A stretch of DNA of 63,823 nucleotides, the filler included, from Psammoneis japonica (Eukaryota): assembly GCA_008632985.1 (NCBI GenBank). It is 3 parts of 3 records of this genome, joined end to end, with 100 filler letters (N's around TTAATTAATTAA, not from the genome) between each part and the next. Parts side by side here need not be neighbours in the genome. Positions count along the whole stretch, not along the records: positions 30,205 to 60,168 come from QPGO01000400.1; 2 more parts are not named here. One strand, given 5' to 3'. Positions 39,261 to 52,200 of this stretch are shown piece after piece (the stretch's first letter is position 1; every line of letters begins with the position of its first letter). The notes beneath the pieces are model-generated. The model had not been told where the DNA came from. It ran no database searches and saw nothing but the letters and a program-made list of their open reading frames with translations. Made by a program: the position numbers and the translations under genes.

Positions 39261-40104
39261 CAGGAATGTCTCTCACATTCTCTTCACACACACATTATCT
39301 TCAGAGACAGACACATGTTTAGTTTTCTGCAGTGTTTGTTTTTGGTGTCTCCCACATGGTGTGGCTGGGCTTGCCCATTCTTTGATGCACAGCAACTGTG
39401 TTTGCCGTGTTACAAGCATCTGGTCAGTTGCTATTTCGACTTAAAACTGTGGCATCTGACAGGCATTGTTCTTTAACAATGAATCAAATAGCTGTCAAAT
39501 TGCCCCCTGCTGCTCTTTGTGGGCACTGGGGAACGTGAGTCTACCGTGGTTGGTGTTGGTGTGGGCGGCAGCAAGGCAGTGGCAAAATAGATTTGTTTCC
39601 TTCTGGGCCTTCTGTCATGACAACCACACGCACTAATGGCACAGTGCAGATCAAACGTGGTGACATCATTGACACTGTCAACATCTGTCCAATGACTCCA
39701 TTTAACAAATGACTTTAATGTGCAATTGGGGAGGTGAATGCAGCATGCTTTGTTAAGCAGACGAAATTACACATGTCCATAATTTTGTGTTGTCTCATGT
39801 GTGTCAATCCTGCGACAATCGTGGATGCATGCGATGGTCAGGTCAATCACACTGAATTGAATGGAAGTCTAAAATTGCAAATACGATCCATGGACAATGG
39901 TGACACACAAGATGTCAACATTGATTGTATCCAGACAATCTGTTGTCGCGATTAGATTCTCTGAAAGGCCTTTGCTCTGTGGGAGCAGTGTGCAATGTCC
40001 AGCTACTTATAAGAGTTAATGCATCACGGCGACGTGTTACAGCCTTTAAAAGTCACAAAGGTCATGTCTAAAATAACCTTTTGTCTGCATGCATGCTGCA
40101 TTAT

Positions 40105-40442
40105 GAATTCAAAGTGGAGTGGTTCATTACGTAACCATTGGGCAGAAGGCCAGGAGTTCGAAACCCTGAGTGTGAGTTGTCTGCAGCAACGTTGAACACT
40201 GTCGAACGCGTAAAAACTTTACACAAGTTCTGTATGTTCCTTCGTACGTACCCACACTGTTCCGCCAAAAACACATTCAGTGTCGTGTCACGTTAGTAAG
40301 AGCCGTAAGGTCGCGTGATACATGGGGAGGAGTGCAATATCCAGCTACTTATAAGAGTTAATGTATCACGGCGACGTGTTACAGCCTTTAAAAGTCACAA
40401 AGGTCGTGACAAAAATAACCTTTTGTCTGCATGCATGCTGCA
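40105..40442 (+). mobile_element. Putative tRNA-derived SINE; its 3' 111 bp is also present immediately upstream (39990-40100)
   Basis: A-box-like AGTGGAGTGGTT and B-box GAGTTCGAAACCC lie at tRNA-like spacing, with overall resemblance to tRNA-Val. The direct repeat differs at 5 of 111 positions. Confidence 0.5.
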
Positions 40443-40799
40443 AGTGCAATGGCTTTAGGCCATTGAGAACTCCTTTGGAGAATCCCAAAGATCGTAGTGT
40501 AAAATTTAATCACACACAATTTCCACCTTTTGTGATTTGTTCTACTTTTGTTTGTGTGCTCATTCTTTGAGCACAGTGCACAACCAGTGATTGCTCCTTG
40601 CCACTGCTTGGTGCTTCAACTGTGAACCGCATGTGAACTCCTCAGGAATCCAGACATCGTGACGACCGTCGATGCCACCCACAACACCAAAAACAAAACC
40701 CAAAATCTATTTTTAAGGTGCTGCTGTGCTTCCACCCTGCAACTCCGGCAACAAGCTAACCCACACCCCCAGTGCACCTAATGTGTGGCAGGGGCATGT

Positions 40800-43700
40800 G
40801 GCGATCAGCCTGGAACGGCATCACCTGACGGTGATGCGGCGCCAAAGTAACTGGCAATTGTGCATGTTCCTCACAACGCCAAATGTTTTGCCTCATGGAT
40901 GCTGGATTTAAACATGGGCGGAACTGCAGCCAACCAGTTTTGGAGCCTGTGAGTAGAGTGAGTAAGGTGTTCCTCTATGGAGTCAAAAAGTTTGGCTTGG
41001 TCCTTAGCCAAGCAGTTGCTAGACTGAGAGCACACAGCCTTGACTTCTGCCTTGGCATCCCTGTGCTGTGCTGATTTGCTGGTCTCAGAATCGTGACCAT
41101 GGATGGTGTCATTGTAATGGTCCCATAATTCCCACCACTGGTTCCAAATGTAACTGCCGACAGTTGCGGCCCAGTCCACTCTAGAGACATTGTGATCGAG
41201 AGTTGCGATCATCTTCAAATGATCGAGGTGTACCCTGTTCCAAAAGGAGGAAAAGTGACCACTAAACAAGTGTCTCCAGCCAATCTGCTCTTGCGTGTGA
41301 AAGATCTCCAAGACACTGTGGTGAAGCTCGTCTGCATAAATGACACCTTCGCTGAACCATGATTCCAAGGCTTTAATCAGGAAATCATGCATGGGATGAG
41401 ACGTGTGAATGTCATCACATTTCTTGCACAGTCCTTGAAGGAAGGTTCATCTCCATGCTTCATTGTGAGGGCACCGTAGAATGTGATCTCTCTGTCCTCC
41501 ATTGGGTGTTGACAATGAATGCAACAATCTGGTTGAACAGGGTTGTACCTGTGAACAATCTTGTTGGCAGGAAGTAAGTCTTAAACCAGCTTGACGGCAC
41601 TCACTCTCCTGCGGATGTTGCGAGACATGAGTTTGGAATGGATGCGCCAATCCATGAGTTGGAAAACCTCGTTGGTCCAACTGTGCTTCTCCTTCATGCA
41701 TTGCACCAAGGCAGGACTCGAGGCTTTGTATCAGAGAACGGGTTTAAACTTGGAGTGTGCTGAAGAGCCCTGGACAATGAGATTGGCAGAACAGTGTGGC
41801 ATGTGAGGGGCAAGTGGTACATTGCCGGTAAATTTGCCTTGACACAGGCCTGCAATTTGATCGGTGCGGACATTCATCTGTGCTGGAAGAGACAAGGAAT
41901 TGCAGGGACACTTGTCATCCTGGTATTGATCCATTTCACATCAACTTGAGCACGCATTGGCACCTCAGACACCATTAACCATGTGGAAGATTTCATTCAC
42001 AATGTCCCAGTCTGCCATGACAGTGTTTACAACATGAAAGCGACAGCCGCAGTCGACAGCTAGGGAAGGGTTGTCTTTGTCTGGAGCAGGAAGGGGTGCC
42101 TGTAAATTCAAAATATTCCGTATGATAGCTGAGTTGTTGCAGTGTAAGTCCGCGCCCAAGAGAAAGGCTGTTTGACAACATTCCATAACTCTGAGAACAA
42201 ATCAAAGAAATGAGAGCACACCATGTGCACTTCAGCATGGTAGGACGAAGGACGATAACCAAAAACCCGGCCTGCACAATCCACCAACATGATGCCATTG
42301 ACATTAAGGTTGGTCGTTGTCCCGCTGGAGAGGAAGCACACCAAAGTCATCCAGATCGAGCTCAAAGAGACACAAACCACTTGGACTCTGAGTGAGGTGG
42401 TTTTGATGGAACGTCCTTCAGGAAACCAACGCCAGTGCCAAGCTGAAACTGAATCCAAGAAACAGCAATGCGGGACAGTGTGGAAGGCTGACCAACACCT
42501 CGCCAATGTGACAGAAATTGCATGACTTGGCCAATGCCCTGTGCAACATCTAGAGATCTATGGCCGCCGCTGCCCAATGTGTTAGGACCGTAGAGGGGAC
42601 GTCCCTTTTGGTGTTTTGGTTGTAACCACATTTTGCAAAGACTGCTCGCATGGCTTTCCTTTGTATCTCTAACAATTCTTTTGGGTTCAAGTCATGCTTG
42701 ATAAATAACATGCAAAGTGGTGAGTCCATGCCTCGTGCCTGTCAATAGGACATGACCTCAAAAACAATGCAACATTGTTGCTCTTTTGCTTAAGCACTTT
42801 GTAGTGGGTCTTCTGGGTGCCAGCGGGAGCCTTGTAGTGTCCAAGGGTCTTATGGGAGGTGCATGCTGACAACTGAACACTAGAGAATGTGTGTGGGACC
42901 GATCTGCAGAAGAGTTGTCAATGCTTGCTTCATCATTGCATGCACAAAGATGCAGTTTGCCATCTTCAGTGAAGTTCCATTCGATGACATGAAAGGAGCA
43001 TTTGGGAAGTTCAAGAAGTTCATGACCAGCAGCATTCAGAAGATTGCACCATAATTGGTTGTCCGCTTGCATTTTGAAAGCCAGATCTAATGCCGAAGGT
43101 TGCAGAGATGTGGTGAAGTTGTTGACTTGCTTTGAAGTGTCATCAACGTAGCCTTGCTTGTGAATTTTTATGGACACCGAATGGTTGGGAGACTCGAAAA
43201 ATGCACCGTGGGTGTGTTGATCAAATATCTCAAAAAGGCTGTTGCAGATTTGGTTCCAACAACAGGGGGAGTTTCCACTGCCTTGGCCTGTGCCATAAAT
43301 TGGAGAAGTGGCAGAATGAGAGTGTGACAATTCAGACAATCCAATGGCGGTCTTCAGCCAGCATTGTGCTTGCTCCAGGGTTTGGTTTGCTGTCTGGGTC
43401 ACTTCTTTAGGCATGCCGTTGCTACAACTCTCAAGAGCTGCCAGAGCTGGAATGTTCCTGTCATGGCAAGAGGTGCAGTCATTGTCACTGTGGATGGCAG
43501 TTTTCCTGGAAACCCTGCTGATTTTGAGCATCAGCTCTTCCAGGTACACTGGAGTATTCATGTTCAAGAATGGACGGGTGCCATGTGTCCCCGGATTGTA
43601 AAGCTTACATTGTTCCATGTTCTGTGCCAGGGAACGCCACATGACACTAGCAATCAACTGAAAATCAGCTTCATAGAAGTGGATAACCCGCAATCAGGGG

Positions 43701-46090
43701 ATCTTGTTGTTCCCAGCTTCCTTGAAGATCATGACATTAACAATGTCTTTCCATCGGTCACAGGAGTATCCCCACTGGAGAGCGTAGTTTAGAAGGTTCA
43801 ACCACACTTGAATGAGAGCATGCTGCACCTTGTCCAAGTGCTCACGGTCTTCAGTTGGATCACCATCCAAGGCAGCAGCCTAAGAATGGGAGTGCGATGC
43901 ATGCATGGCTTTCCAATGACCCAAGTGGAGGCCCGGCTTGACAGAGGTGGACGTAGACTCTGTCCAGGTTATAATTTTTCCTTCTAGGTCTGCAGCAGTG
44001 AGGAAGGATGAAACAGACACTGGAGAATGACATTTGAGATGATGCACAAACCGAGACGTCTCTTCACCAAGTTGATCCATGTCACAGTCACCAGCAAGAA
44101 CAAGGTCTGCAGAGATTGTGTCACCAACGTAACCCAAATCCACAGACAAGGGGGGGACTGCAGGGGGAGTGCTGTGGGCTTGTCCAAAATGTTTTTCATT
44201 ATGAAGTCAAAGAGCAGTGGCAACATCGACAGGTGCATATCGATTGTCATCCATTCGTCACACTCTTTGGGGTGCACTGAGGGGTTACAGGGCACTTGTA
44301 CCCTGTTGATCCCCATGTCGCGATCTGCCTTGCAAAACTTTATCTTGCGGAATAACTTCTTGATTTCTTTGGCTTTTCTCACGTTGTGCAGGATGGAGGC
44401 TTTCTTCTTGGATGCCAATGTACCTTCTAGTTCCAGGGCTGTGATTTTCTCCACCATCTCCCATTTTTACATGTACAACACTAGCCGCAGCCACCTTCTG
44501 GCATTCTGACTGAGCCATGCAAAGGGCTGCCTGACGTTCCGCGAAAGTCTCAGGAATGACAAAAGAGCCTTCAATCTGATTACGGATGTTTTGGACATGG
44601 CTGACGTGGTCAACATGAGTGTGCATCATGGAAATAATTCTGCTCAAGATGTAGACTTGGTGTTGAAGCTGTGCAAGTTCAACGGACCATTCCGGTTCAT
44701 GGTGTGCTCGACATTTCTTTGTGGCGGCCAGGGAAAATTGTAGAAGGTCTCTGTCTAGTCTCTCAGCCAACTCATGATCAGGAGTGTCAAGCTCAAGAAG
44801 TGATCGTGATCAGACCAGAACATCCTGGCTTGCAAGCATTGGACACCATCACTTGTGGTTTGGAGGATGACAGGATGTCTCTGTGACTGGCTTTCGGGAG
44901 ATCGACAGTGGGGTTTCCGAACAGAGCCAATGTGTCAAAATCCACACAATGGGCATGATGGTCAGAAGTAATGCGACACCCAAAAGCCTTGTAGCCTCCA
45001 AAACGAGCCATGGCAAGGGTGCCTGGGGCAGCAAGAACATAGTCTAAGCACTTTGAACCTTGAGTGTATGTGGAGAAATCTGCACCGCCCATCAAGAAGT
45101 TGAAGAGGACATCTGACAATTTGAACCTTTGTGCAAGCAATGCGAGAGATTCAGTGTCGACCATAAAGTCAGCATTGAAATCTCCAAAGAGGATTACCTC
45201 GCGATTCTTGCCTGTGAGAAATTCCTGAAGCACCCGAGATAAGTCCAAGCAAAATGCTTTCTGAGGATCAACATTTTGGTGACCTTGTTGGCGCAATGAT
45301 GATGCCTGCTGGGCACAAGCAGGGGTATGACCTGGACTCTTTTGGTTTTCTGAATAACCACAGTAAGATAACAAAAACATGACTTGTAAGCCAATGCATC
45401 CGTTGAAGACTTGAACAGACCACCGGCCTAATGGATCGGATTCCTGACTCCGATGTCTGGAAGATGTGGAATTGCCCAAGAAAAGGGCTGTGCCTTCTGG
45501 CTTGTATCAAGTGGCAAAGACAGTAGAGCTGGATGAGAATGTGCTGCGATTGTGGCTTATCAAGTTGCAAACAGCAGACCAACAGGGTGAGAGGATGTCG
45601 CACTGAGTGGTGCTCAGGCCTGCTTCAGAAATGCCAACTACATCTGCTTGAATTTTGCTGGCAATTTGGTAACAGCCCAGAATATCTCCGCCTCTTTTAT
45701 CGAATTTGCACCCATCAGCATTGAAAGCATAAAGTCTTGTGTGATGAGGAAGTTTTGGTTTGAGTTCATCACCGATCAAGTCGTTTGTGCAAAGGCGAGA
45801 GAAGTCAATGCAACATTCTGCAGGAGGTTGGTAGTGGCCACCGTCTAAAATGGACTGCCATGCTTGCATAGAAGAGTTGTAGAAAGCTTCATTACTCATG
45901 AAATGGGTGAATGTCTTCATCAGTAATGGAGACTCCCAAGAGTGCATGCAAATAAGGCAGCAAACATTGATGATGAAGATGCCAAAGGAGCCTTCAAAAC
46001 ATGCCAACATTGTCTCTCTAACCACTTCTTCCCAAAGAATGCACTTCAGAATCAGAAACGATGTCCATGTCGTGATCTCATTAAACCCAA
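40800..46090 (-). mobile_element. Degenerate Ambal-like non-LTR retrotransposon (APE endonuclease, RT, RNase H, C-terminal Zn motif)
   Basis: APE motifs ADVVGISE, VILFGDFNAD, STYTQGSKCLDYVLA and TSDH; RT motifs GTGQGSGNSP and GYVDD; RNase H-like PSSYHAE, DWDI and NVRTDQIA; then DHILRC and QEQIGWRHLFSG. Confidence 0.85.
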
Positions 46091-46099
46091 GTCGATGAA

Positions 46100-47645
46100 G
46101 ATTCGAGAAAGTTGCATGGGCTCAGGAGGTCAAAGAGGACTTCAAGTTCTATCCTCCCTTTGAATCTAACCAGAGTCTGGAAGATGATGCACTCAAGGAT
46201 GTCATTTACAACCTTGCACCTTGCAAATGGCGTCGTCAGTCAACCCTGCAAGGTTTTGAAATGTTGGATCATGCCTTTGACGAGTTGGTTGAGTTTGTGG
46301 AACATCTGGAGGTTGCTGAGGACATGTTCAACCAAATCCATGTCAAGGATGATAGCCAAGAGGCAAGCCTGGTTCTAAAACCAAAGGTGGATTCCAAAAT
46401 GGTTCCAAAAATGGTCATTCCATCTGGCAACATGCAGTCTGAGTATGATGAGTGTTGCAATTGTTGCAAGAAAAACACTCACAACATGGATTTGTGCTAG
46501 GTTGTCAAACAATTGGCAAAAGAGCACAGAGAGAATGTGGAACGCAACTTGAAATGGCAGCACACTAACAGCAATCACAGGTTGTCTCGTCGCGATGCTA
46601 AAAATGCCACTCCAAAAGAGGAATTGAATGCCATGGCTGATCAAACAGGCAGTCAACAATTCCATCAAGTTGAGTTCAAATGCAAAGAATTCGAAGTGCA
46701 AGAGCAAAGAATGCAACTCCGATGCCCTCAGCAAGGAAAAAACCATCAATTTGACAAAATGACATGTGATGATTCTGAGGAATGACTAGCAGCTCCACTT
46801 GAGGAGTCTCACACATCACTGGATGTCAGGAAGCCCAGGAAAAAGGCAAAAACAATCTATGTCACTTGAAGGCAACTGCTCAGAAAGAGGTGGAAAGACT
46901 GTGTAAACTGTGAGGCCTAAGGAAAATGAACCATTCTGAATGGGTAGCTCCAACCTTTATTCAGCCCAAGAAAAATGGCAGAGTTTGGTTCTTGTCCAAC
47001 TTCCGTGAGCTTGGCAAATGGTTGGCATGCACTCCGCATCCTTTTTTGCCAAAAATTCAGGATGTGCTGCAGAAGCTGGAGGGCTTCATGCATGCAATCA
47101 TTGGATTTGAACACGGGATACTACCACATTGAATTAGCACCACATGCATGTTGTTTGTGCACCATGGCAATGCCGTGGGGTGAGCAAGAGTGCTGCAGAC
47201 TCCCTGTGGGAATCTGTGGAACTCCAGATTTTTTCCAGGAGCATGTGAGCAAGCTTGTGGTGGGATTAGAGTTTGCCAGAACCTACATTGATGACATGCC
47301 ATGTCTGACAAAAGGTGACTTCAAAGATCATCTCAGAAAGCTTGAGACGACCTTCACACAGCTCAAACAAGTGCCAGATTGAAGGTCAATGCCGAAAGTC
47401 ATTTTTCACAAAGCCAGACGTAGACTGTCTGGGCTTTCACTTCATGCAAAATGGTGTCAGACCAACACCCAAGAAAGTGGAGGTGATTCAAGCAATTGCA
47501 ATGCCTTCAAATTGCAAGGAATTGCAATGCTTCATTGGTGTGATCAACTGTTGTCGAGACATGTGGCCTCAACAATCTCATGCACTTGCTCCTTCAGCAA
47601 AACTCACCTCATATAAGGTTAAGTGGCAATGGGCAATGGACAAGC
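46100..47645 (+). mobile_element. Ty3/Gypsy fragment (gag end plus RT), degenerate
   Basis: SEWVAPTFIQPKKNGRV, SLDLNTGYYHIEL, RTYIDD, DCLGF and FIGVINCCRDMW. Confidence 0.85.
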
Positions 47646-48463
47646 ATGGAATAAAACTGCAGCATGCCTCAGCACTGACAACACGGCGAGACCGTGCATA
47701 GCCTCTTGTACGCGTAGTGTTGCCAACACGTACCTGGGAAGCACGACCATAGGAGGGCATGGCTCTGTGCCTTAGGCAATCTAGCTAGAAGGATGCTAAG
47801 AGAGCACCTGTGTGAAGCACTCTAACCTGTTGTCTGGCCCACAACAGTAGTGTGATTCCACACGATGACATCACTCGTGCACAGCGCGTGATGGTATGAT
47901 TCGCACGATCCACAATGCAAATGCACGATCGATTGGTGCGATCCAAAATGCGAATCGAATGGGAATTTGGCAAGATTCCCTATTTGCACGATCCCATTTC
48001 TCTACACATAAACTAGCTCATAATTTACACATCGATACAGTTGTAACACATCTACATTTTCGTCGCATATTACATACATGGGGCACAGTAATGTTACTCC
48101 CGCACAGTGTGCGAGGTTACAAAATCTACGAAAACGAATACTACGATATGTTGGTAGGACCGACAAACTCGAAAACCACCATGAAGAAGCGTCTCAAGCC
48201 GTCGATTCCGTTTGCATGCCAGAGAAGAAAGAACTACAGCAGGGTGAGTACCAGACGTTCAAGCTACGTAACAACCCTACTGATGCTGACAGTCCAACGC
48301 ATGAGATGGGTCTACTGTACTTTTCTATGGGAACATGCAAGGAACTTCTCATTTTTATCCGCAACACCGACCGTGTGCATCAAGGACAAAACATCACTAC
48401 GGGGCCGGCGAAGTATGCACTTATGCGCAGGCTTCTCGAAGGCGATGCCCTGACAACCTTTAA

Positions 48464-48928
48464 CCCTTCAACCACCGGACTTGAGCAAATCTCTACGGGT
48501 GGAGATTTGCTCCCTTACATCACAAATATAGTAAATAAAGTAATTTCAGATATGGATAATATTTCATTCGCGCGATTTTGTTTTGGAATGCGCATTCGCC
48601 GAAAATCTGGGGGAACCCTTTTTGTAATTTAGAAAGTTCAATGTTGACTTTTAACACCGGGTTTTTTGCAAGCTTCATCTATGGATAGAGAGGAACTAAA
48701 TATCAACCTTTAACAATAGAGGTTATCATGAATTACTATCGCAAATAGAGGAATAATACCACACCCTTGGAGCAAATCTCCACCGGTGGAGATTTGCTCC
48801 CAATAAGTAAATGCACGTGGTATACTTTACGTAGATTCTATGTGATATGACATTTTTATACTATGTACATTATATTAGCATAAAAGTGCATGACACGTCA
48901 CAAATCCTTAAGTAGAGCAAATCTCCAC
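48464..48928. mobile_element. Non-autonomous piggyBac-like element in a TTAA site, right end truncated
   Basis: TTAA at 48460-48463 is followed by CCCTT. Palindromic GAGCAAATCTC..GAGATTTGCTC motifs lie at 48483-48512 and 48769-48800, with a half copy at 48915-48928. Gag resumes at 48929. Confidence 0.65.
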
Positions 48929-49206
48929 AACAATGCCACTGACTCGCAACCTTCTGAAACCAACGCTACGTATGCTACGTGCATGGCAAAGCTAAAGGAA
49001 AGTATCTTCCTTCATGGGGTGGTGCATGACTATGTCGCAAGGGCTGTTGAAATTAACAGCTGTGTCTCTCAGTTTCCACCTGTGATGCAGGGAGGAGAAA
49101 CACTGGAGCCATTGCCCAATGATGAACTCTGTGACTTGTTCGAGTACGGTGTGCCGAACGCATGGCAGATGCGTTCCAGGCCTAGGTGGGCACAGTGGTT
49201 CAGTTC

Positions 49207-52200
49207 TGTTACGACGATTCTTGAGAATCTGCGATTCTTGAGAATCCGGACCTGGAATTTTGTGAAAACCATTTTTTAAGAATCGGACCTCGTGCAAATT
49301 TCCCATTTGTTGTGAACCACCGATTCTCCAGAATCACGGTCACCGATTCACAAGAATTCCCTTTTTGGCCATTTTCTGGATTCTCAAGAATCCCAGACAT
49401 GCTCAAGACGTGGCACCCTTGGATTAGATGGGCTTGACAAAAAGGAGTTCCGCAAGCAATTTGGCAACCAAGCTTACTCCTGGGTTCGCACCCACCTTGT
49501 GGAGATGAATGACTTTGGTTGCAACACTCTCTTCCGAATCAAGAAGAACTCCGATGGAGAGATTGTTTCAAAGCTCATGGTTGTTCACCTTGAGCAGACA
49601 TTTGATGTCGTGGCGCAGCACCATCACCAGACGGACGGTCATCTAAAGCTCGCGCGCACATTCAATGACATAAAGAAAAAATACTACAATGTGACTGAAC
49701 AGCTGGTTTCCCACTACATTGATCTGTGCCCCACTTGCAGCAAGGCCCAGCCGTCTGTGGCAAGAGTTGAGGGGGCTCGTGTCCCAATCGTGAGCCGGAG
49801 TTTTCGTGACAGGTTCCAGATGGACCTTGTCGACTACCGAAAGGACCCTCGCCAGTTCTACCCAGGGGACCCAAACTCCCCAACCATGAAGTGGCTCATG
49901 GTTTTGAAAGATCACTGCACCAGGTTGCTCTGGACCACTGCCATTCCCTCCAAGGAAGCAAAATGGGTTGCCAAGGAGTTCTGCCACATTTGTTCTTTGA
50001 TCGGCTACCCCCTTGTAAGCCACACAGACAACGGGAAGGAGTTCACAGCAGAGCAAGTGACTGAAGCCATCCAGGAGCTCAACCCATGCTGCAGCACTGT
50101 CCAGGGTGGTGCCAGAATGCCTTGGCACCAGGGTTCCGTGGAGCGCTCAAACCACCCCATTAAATCGGCCATCGCTTTGCTTGTCAAGGAAGAGATCCGC
50201 AAGGGAAACACCAATGCATCATGGGTGACGGAGCACCCCAAGGCAATGGCATCTCTCAATGCAACTGCCAACAAAGGAAAAAGCGAGTGCTCTGCCTACT
50301 TCCATGTCTTTGGCATGGAGTTCCATGAACTCCTGACAACCGTTCCCCTTGCAAACATGCAAAGTGCCAAGACTGTTGCTGAGAGATGCGCCATCATTGG
50401 TGGAGACTACAAGAGGAAGATGCTGGCAATGGGTGAGGTCACGGAAGAAGAGATTGCTGCTGTTGTTTCCAGCAAAATTGGTCCATTGAATCTCTCCACC
50501 ACTGACTCTGTTGCTTCAGCTGGCGATCCTCCTCCTTTGGGCACAGGCAATCTCACTGCTGACTTCCACGCAGAAACATCCTCTCCCTCTCCCAAAAAAT
50601 TGAATGCCTCTGCATCTGCAGTTGCTTTGTTCTCACCAATCAAGTCTGGCAAAAGCAATGGAGAGCAACCCGCATTGCCACGCTTGCCAGCAGACACGGA
50701 ACAACCAAACCACCCCCCTCCTCCGATTGCAGCCAAGGCATCACCAAACAAGGTGGAGGCACCCCCGGCCAATTCAGCCGGTGTGCTGTCCAAGCCGTGT
50801 GCATCCAAGGAATCACCAAACAATGAGGAGCCACCCAAAGCCAATTCAATCACTGTGCCAACCAAATTGGTCACAGCCAAGGAATCACCCACTGACGTGG
50901 AGGTTGAAAAAGAACCACAAACCACCATGGGGCTGCCAACAGAATTGCCAACAGACACGGAGCTGTCCAAAGCCGGGGTTGCCAAGGCACAAGCAAAGCT
51001 GGAGCAATTTTTCCCGGCTGAAACACTGAAGATGCAAGTTGCCAACCAAAAATTTTGGTCGAAGTTTCCCTTCAACCGTCGGGTGGCTTTGTCAAGCACA
51101 AGACACCGTGTGACCCTGGATGATGGCACCACACCAAAGTGTGTTTATCCACAACTTGATTGCCCCAGGTGCTGCCTGTCGGGCAAACCTTTCAAGGTTG
51201 CATGCTATGACAACGATTACATCCACAACAGCAGGAGCAGAAGCCGATGGTTCGACACACAATTTGTCTCAAGTTTTGCACAGTTGCTTGCACACGAGGG
51301 TCACCCGCAAAACACGAGGATGCTTCACGTCATGTATGGGGCAACGTCCTTGGCTCAACTTCAAGGGTCGTTGAACAGCCAACCAATCTCGCTTTCAGGG
51401 TCAGTCACAACTCTCTGCTCCGTAGCCAACCGGTCGTCACATTTTGCTGTGCTTAAATTTTTGTTGCCGCAAAAAACCGTTCAAGTTTTTGAGGGCCTTG
51501 GGTACAAACTCACCACCTGGAATGACGAAATCATGTACGCTCTCAAGAGGTGCGGCCTTGTGTCCAAGGATTCTCAAGCAAGATGCGTCTTGGAACATGA
51601 AGAGAATGGAACTCCACCAGCAGCCAAGAATTATCGTTCAGGTGCATGGAAAGTGCAAAGAGGAGAGGTGTCAGCAGCTCAAACGGACACCCACAGCTGC
51701 GGCCCTCGTGCTTGCGTTTTACTTTGGGACATTCTGTCACCCAGAACAATGCCCTTGCCCTTGCAATTGTTGTCTCCTGACAATTATCGCCTTGCTGTGA
51801 TGAACAAGTATCACGATCTTTTGGAAAAGGAACAATCAAAAGATTTGCACTTTCTCCAAAAAGTCAAGGGTGTCACCATTGACTGGGAAGAAGAAGAGCA
51901 TCATCCAAAAGTTCCCGACTCCAATGTTGTCACGATTGACCAAGAAGATCCCACAGTGCCTCAAAGGATTCGTTGTGGATTGTGCCTTGACAAGGAGCTT
52001 CCGGTGGACACAGCGCTTCATTGCTGCCAACTGACTTTGCATTTGCACTGTGCACTGGGCTGCCTTGACTCTGACAGCTTGTGCCCCTGCTGCCACTCAG
52101 AAATTGACAAGGCTTGTTTTGAAAAACTAAATGACGATGATGTCAAGTTGCTTCTGGTGGGGTCTGCAGCAGAATCATCCTCACAGGTTCAAGATTGTGG

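Noticed and set aside
40105..40176. Functional tRNA gene
   Set aside because: Acceptor and anticodon stems do not pair; kept only as a SINE-head candidate.
49216..49395. Repeated palindromes GATTCTYRAGAATC as a CRISPR-like array
   Set aside because: Irregular spacing, eukaryotic context and mirrored copies at the other end identify them as transposon subterminal repeats.
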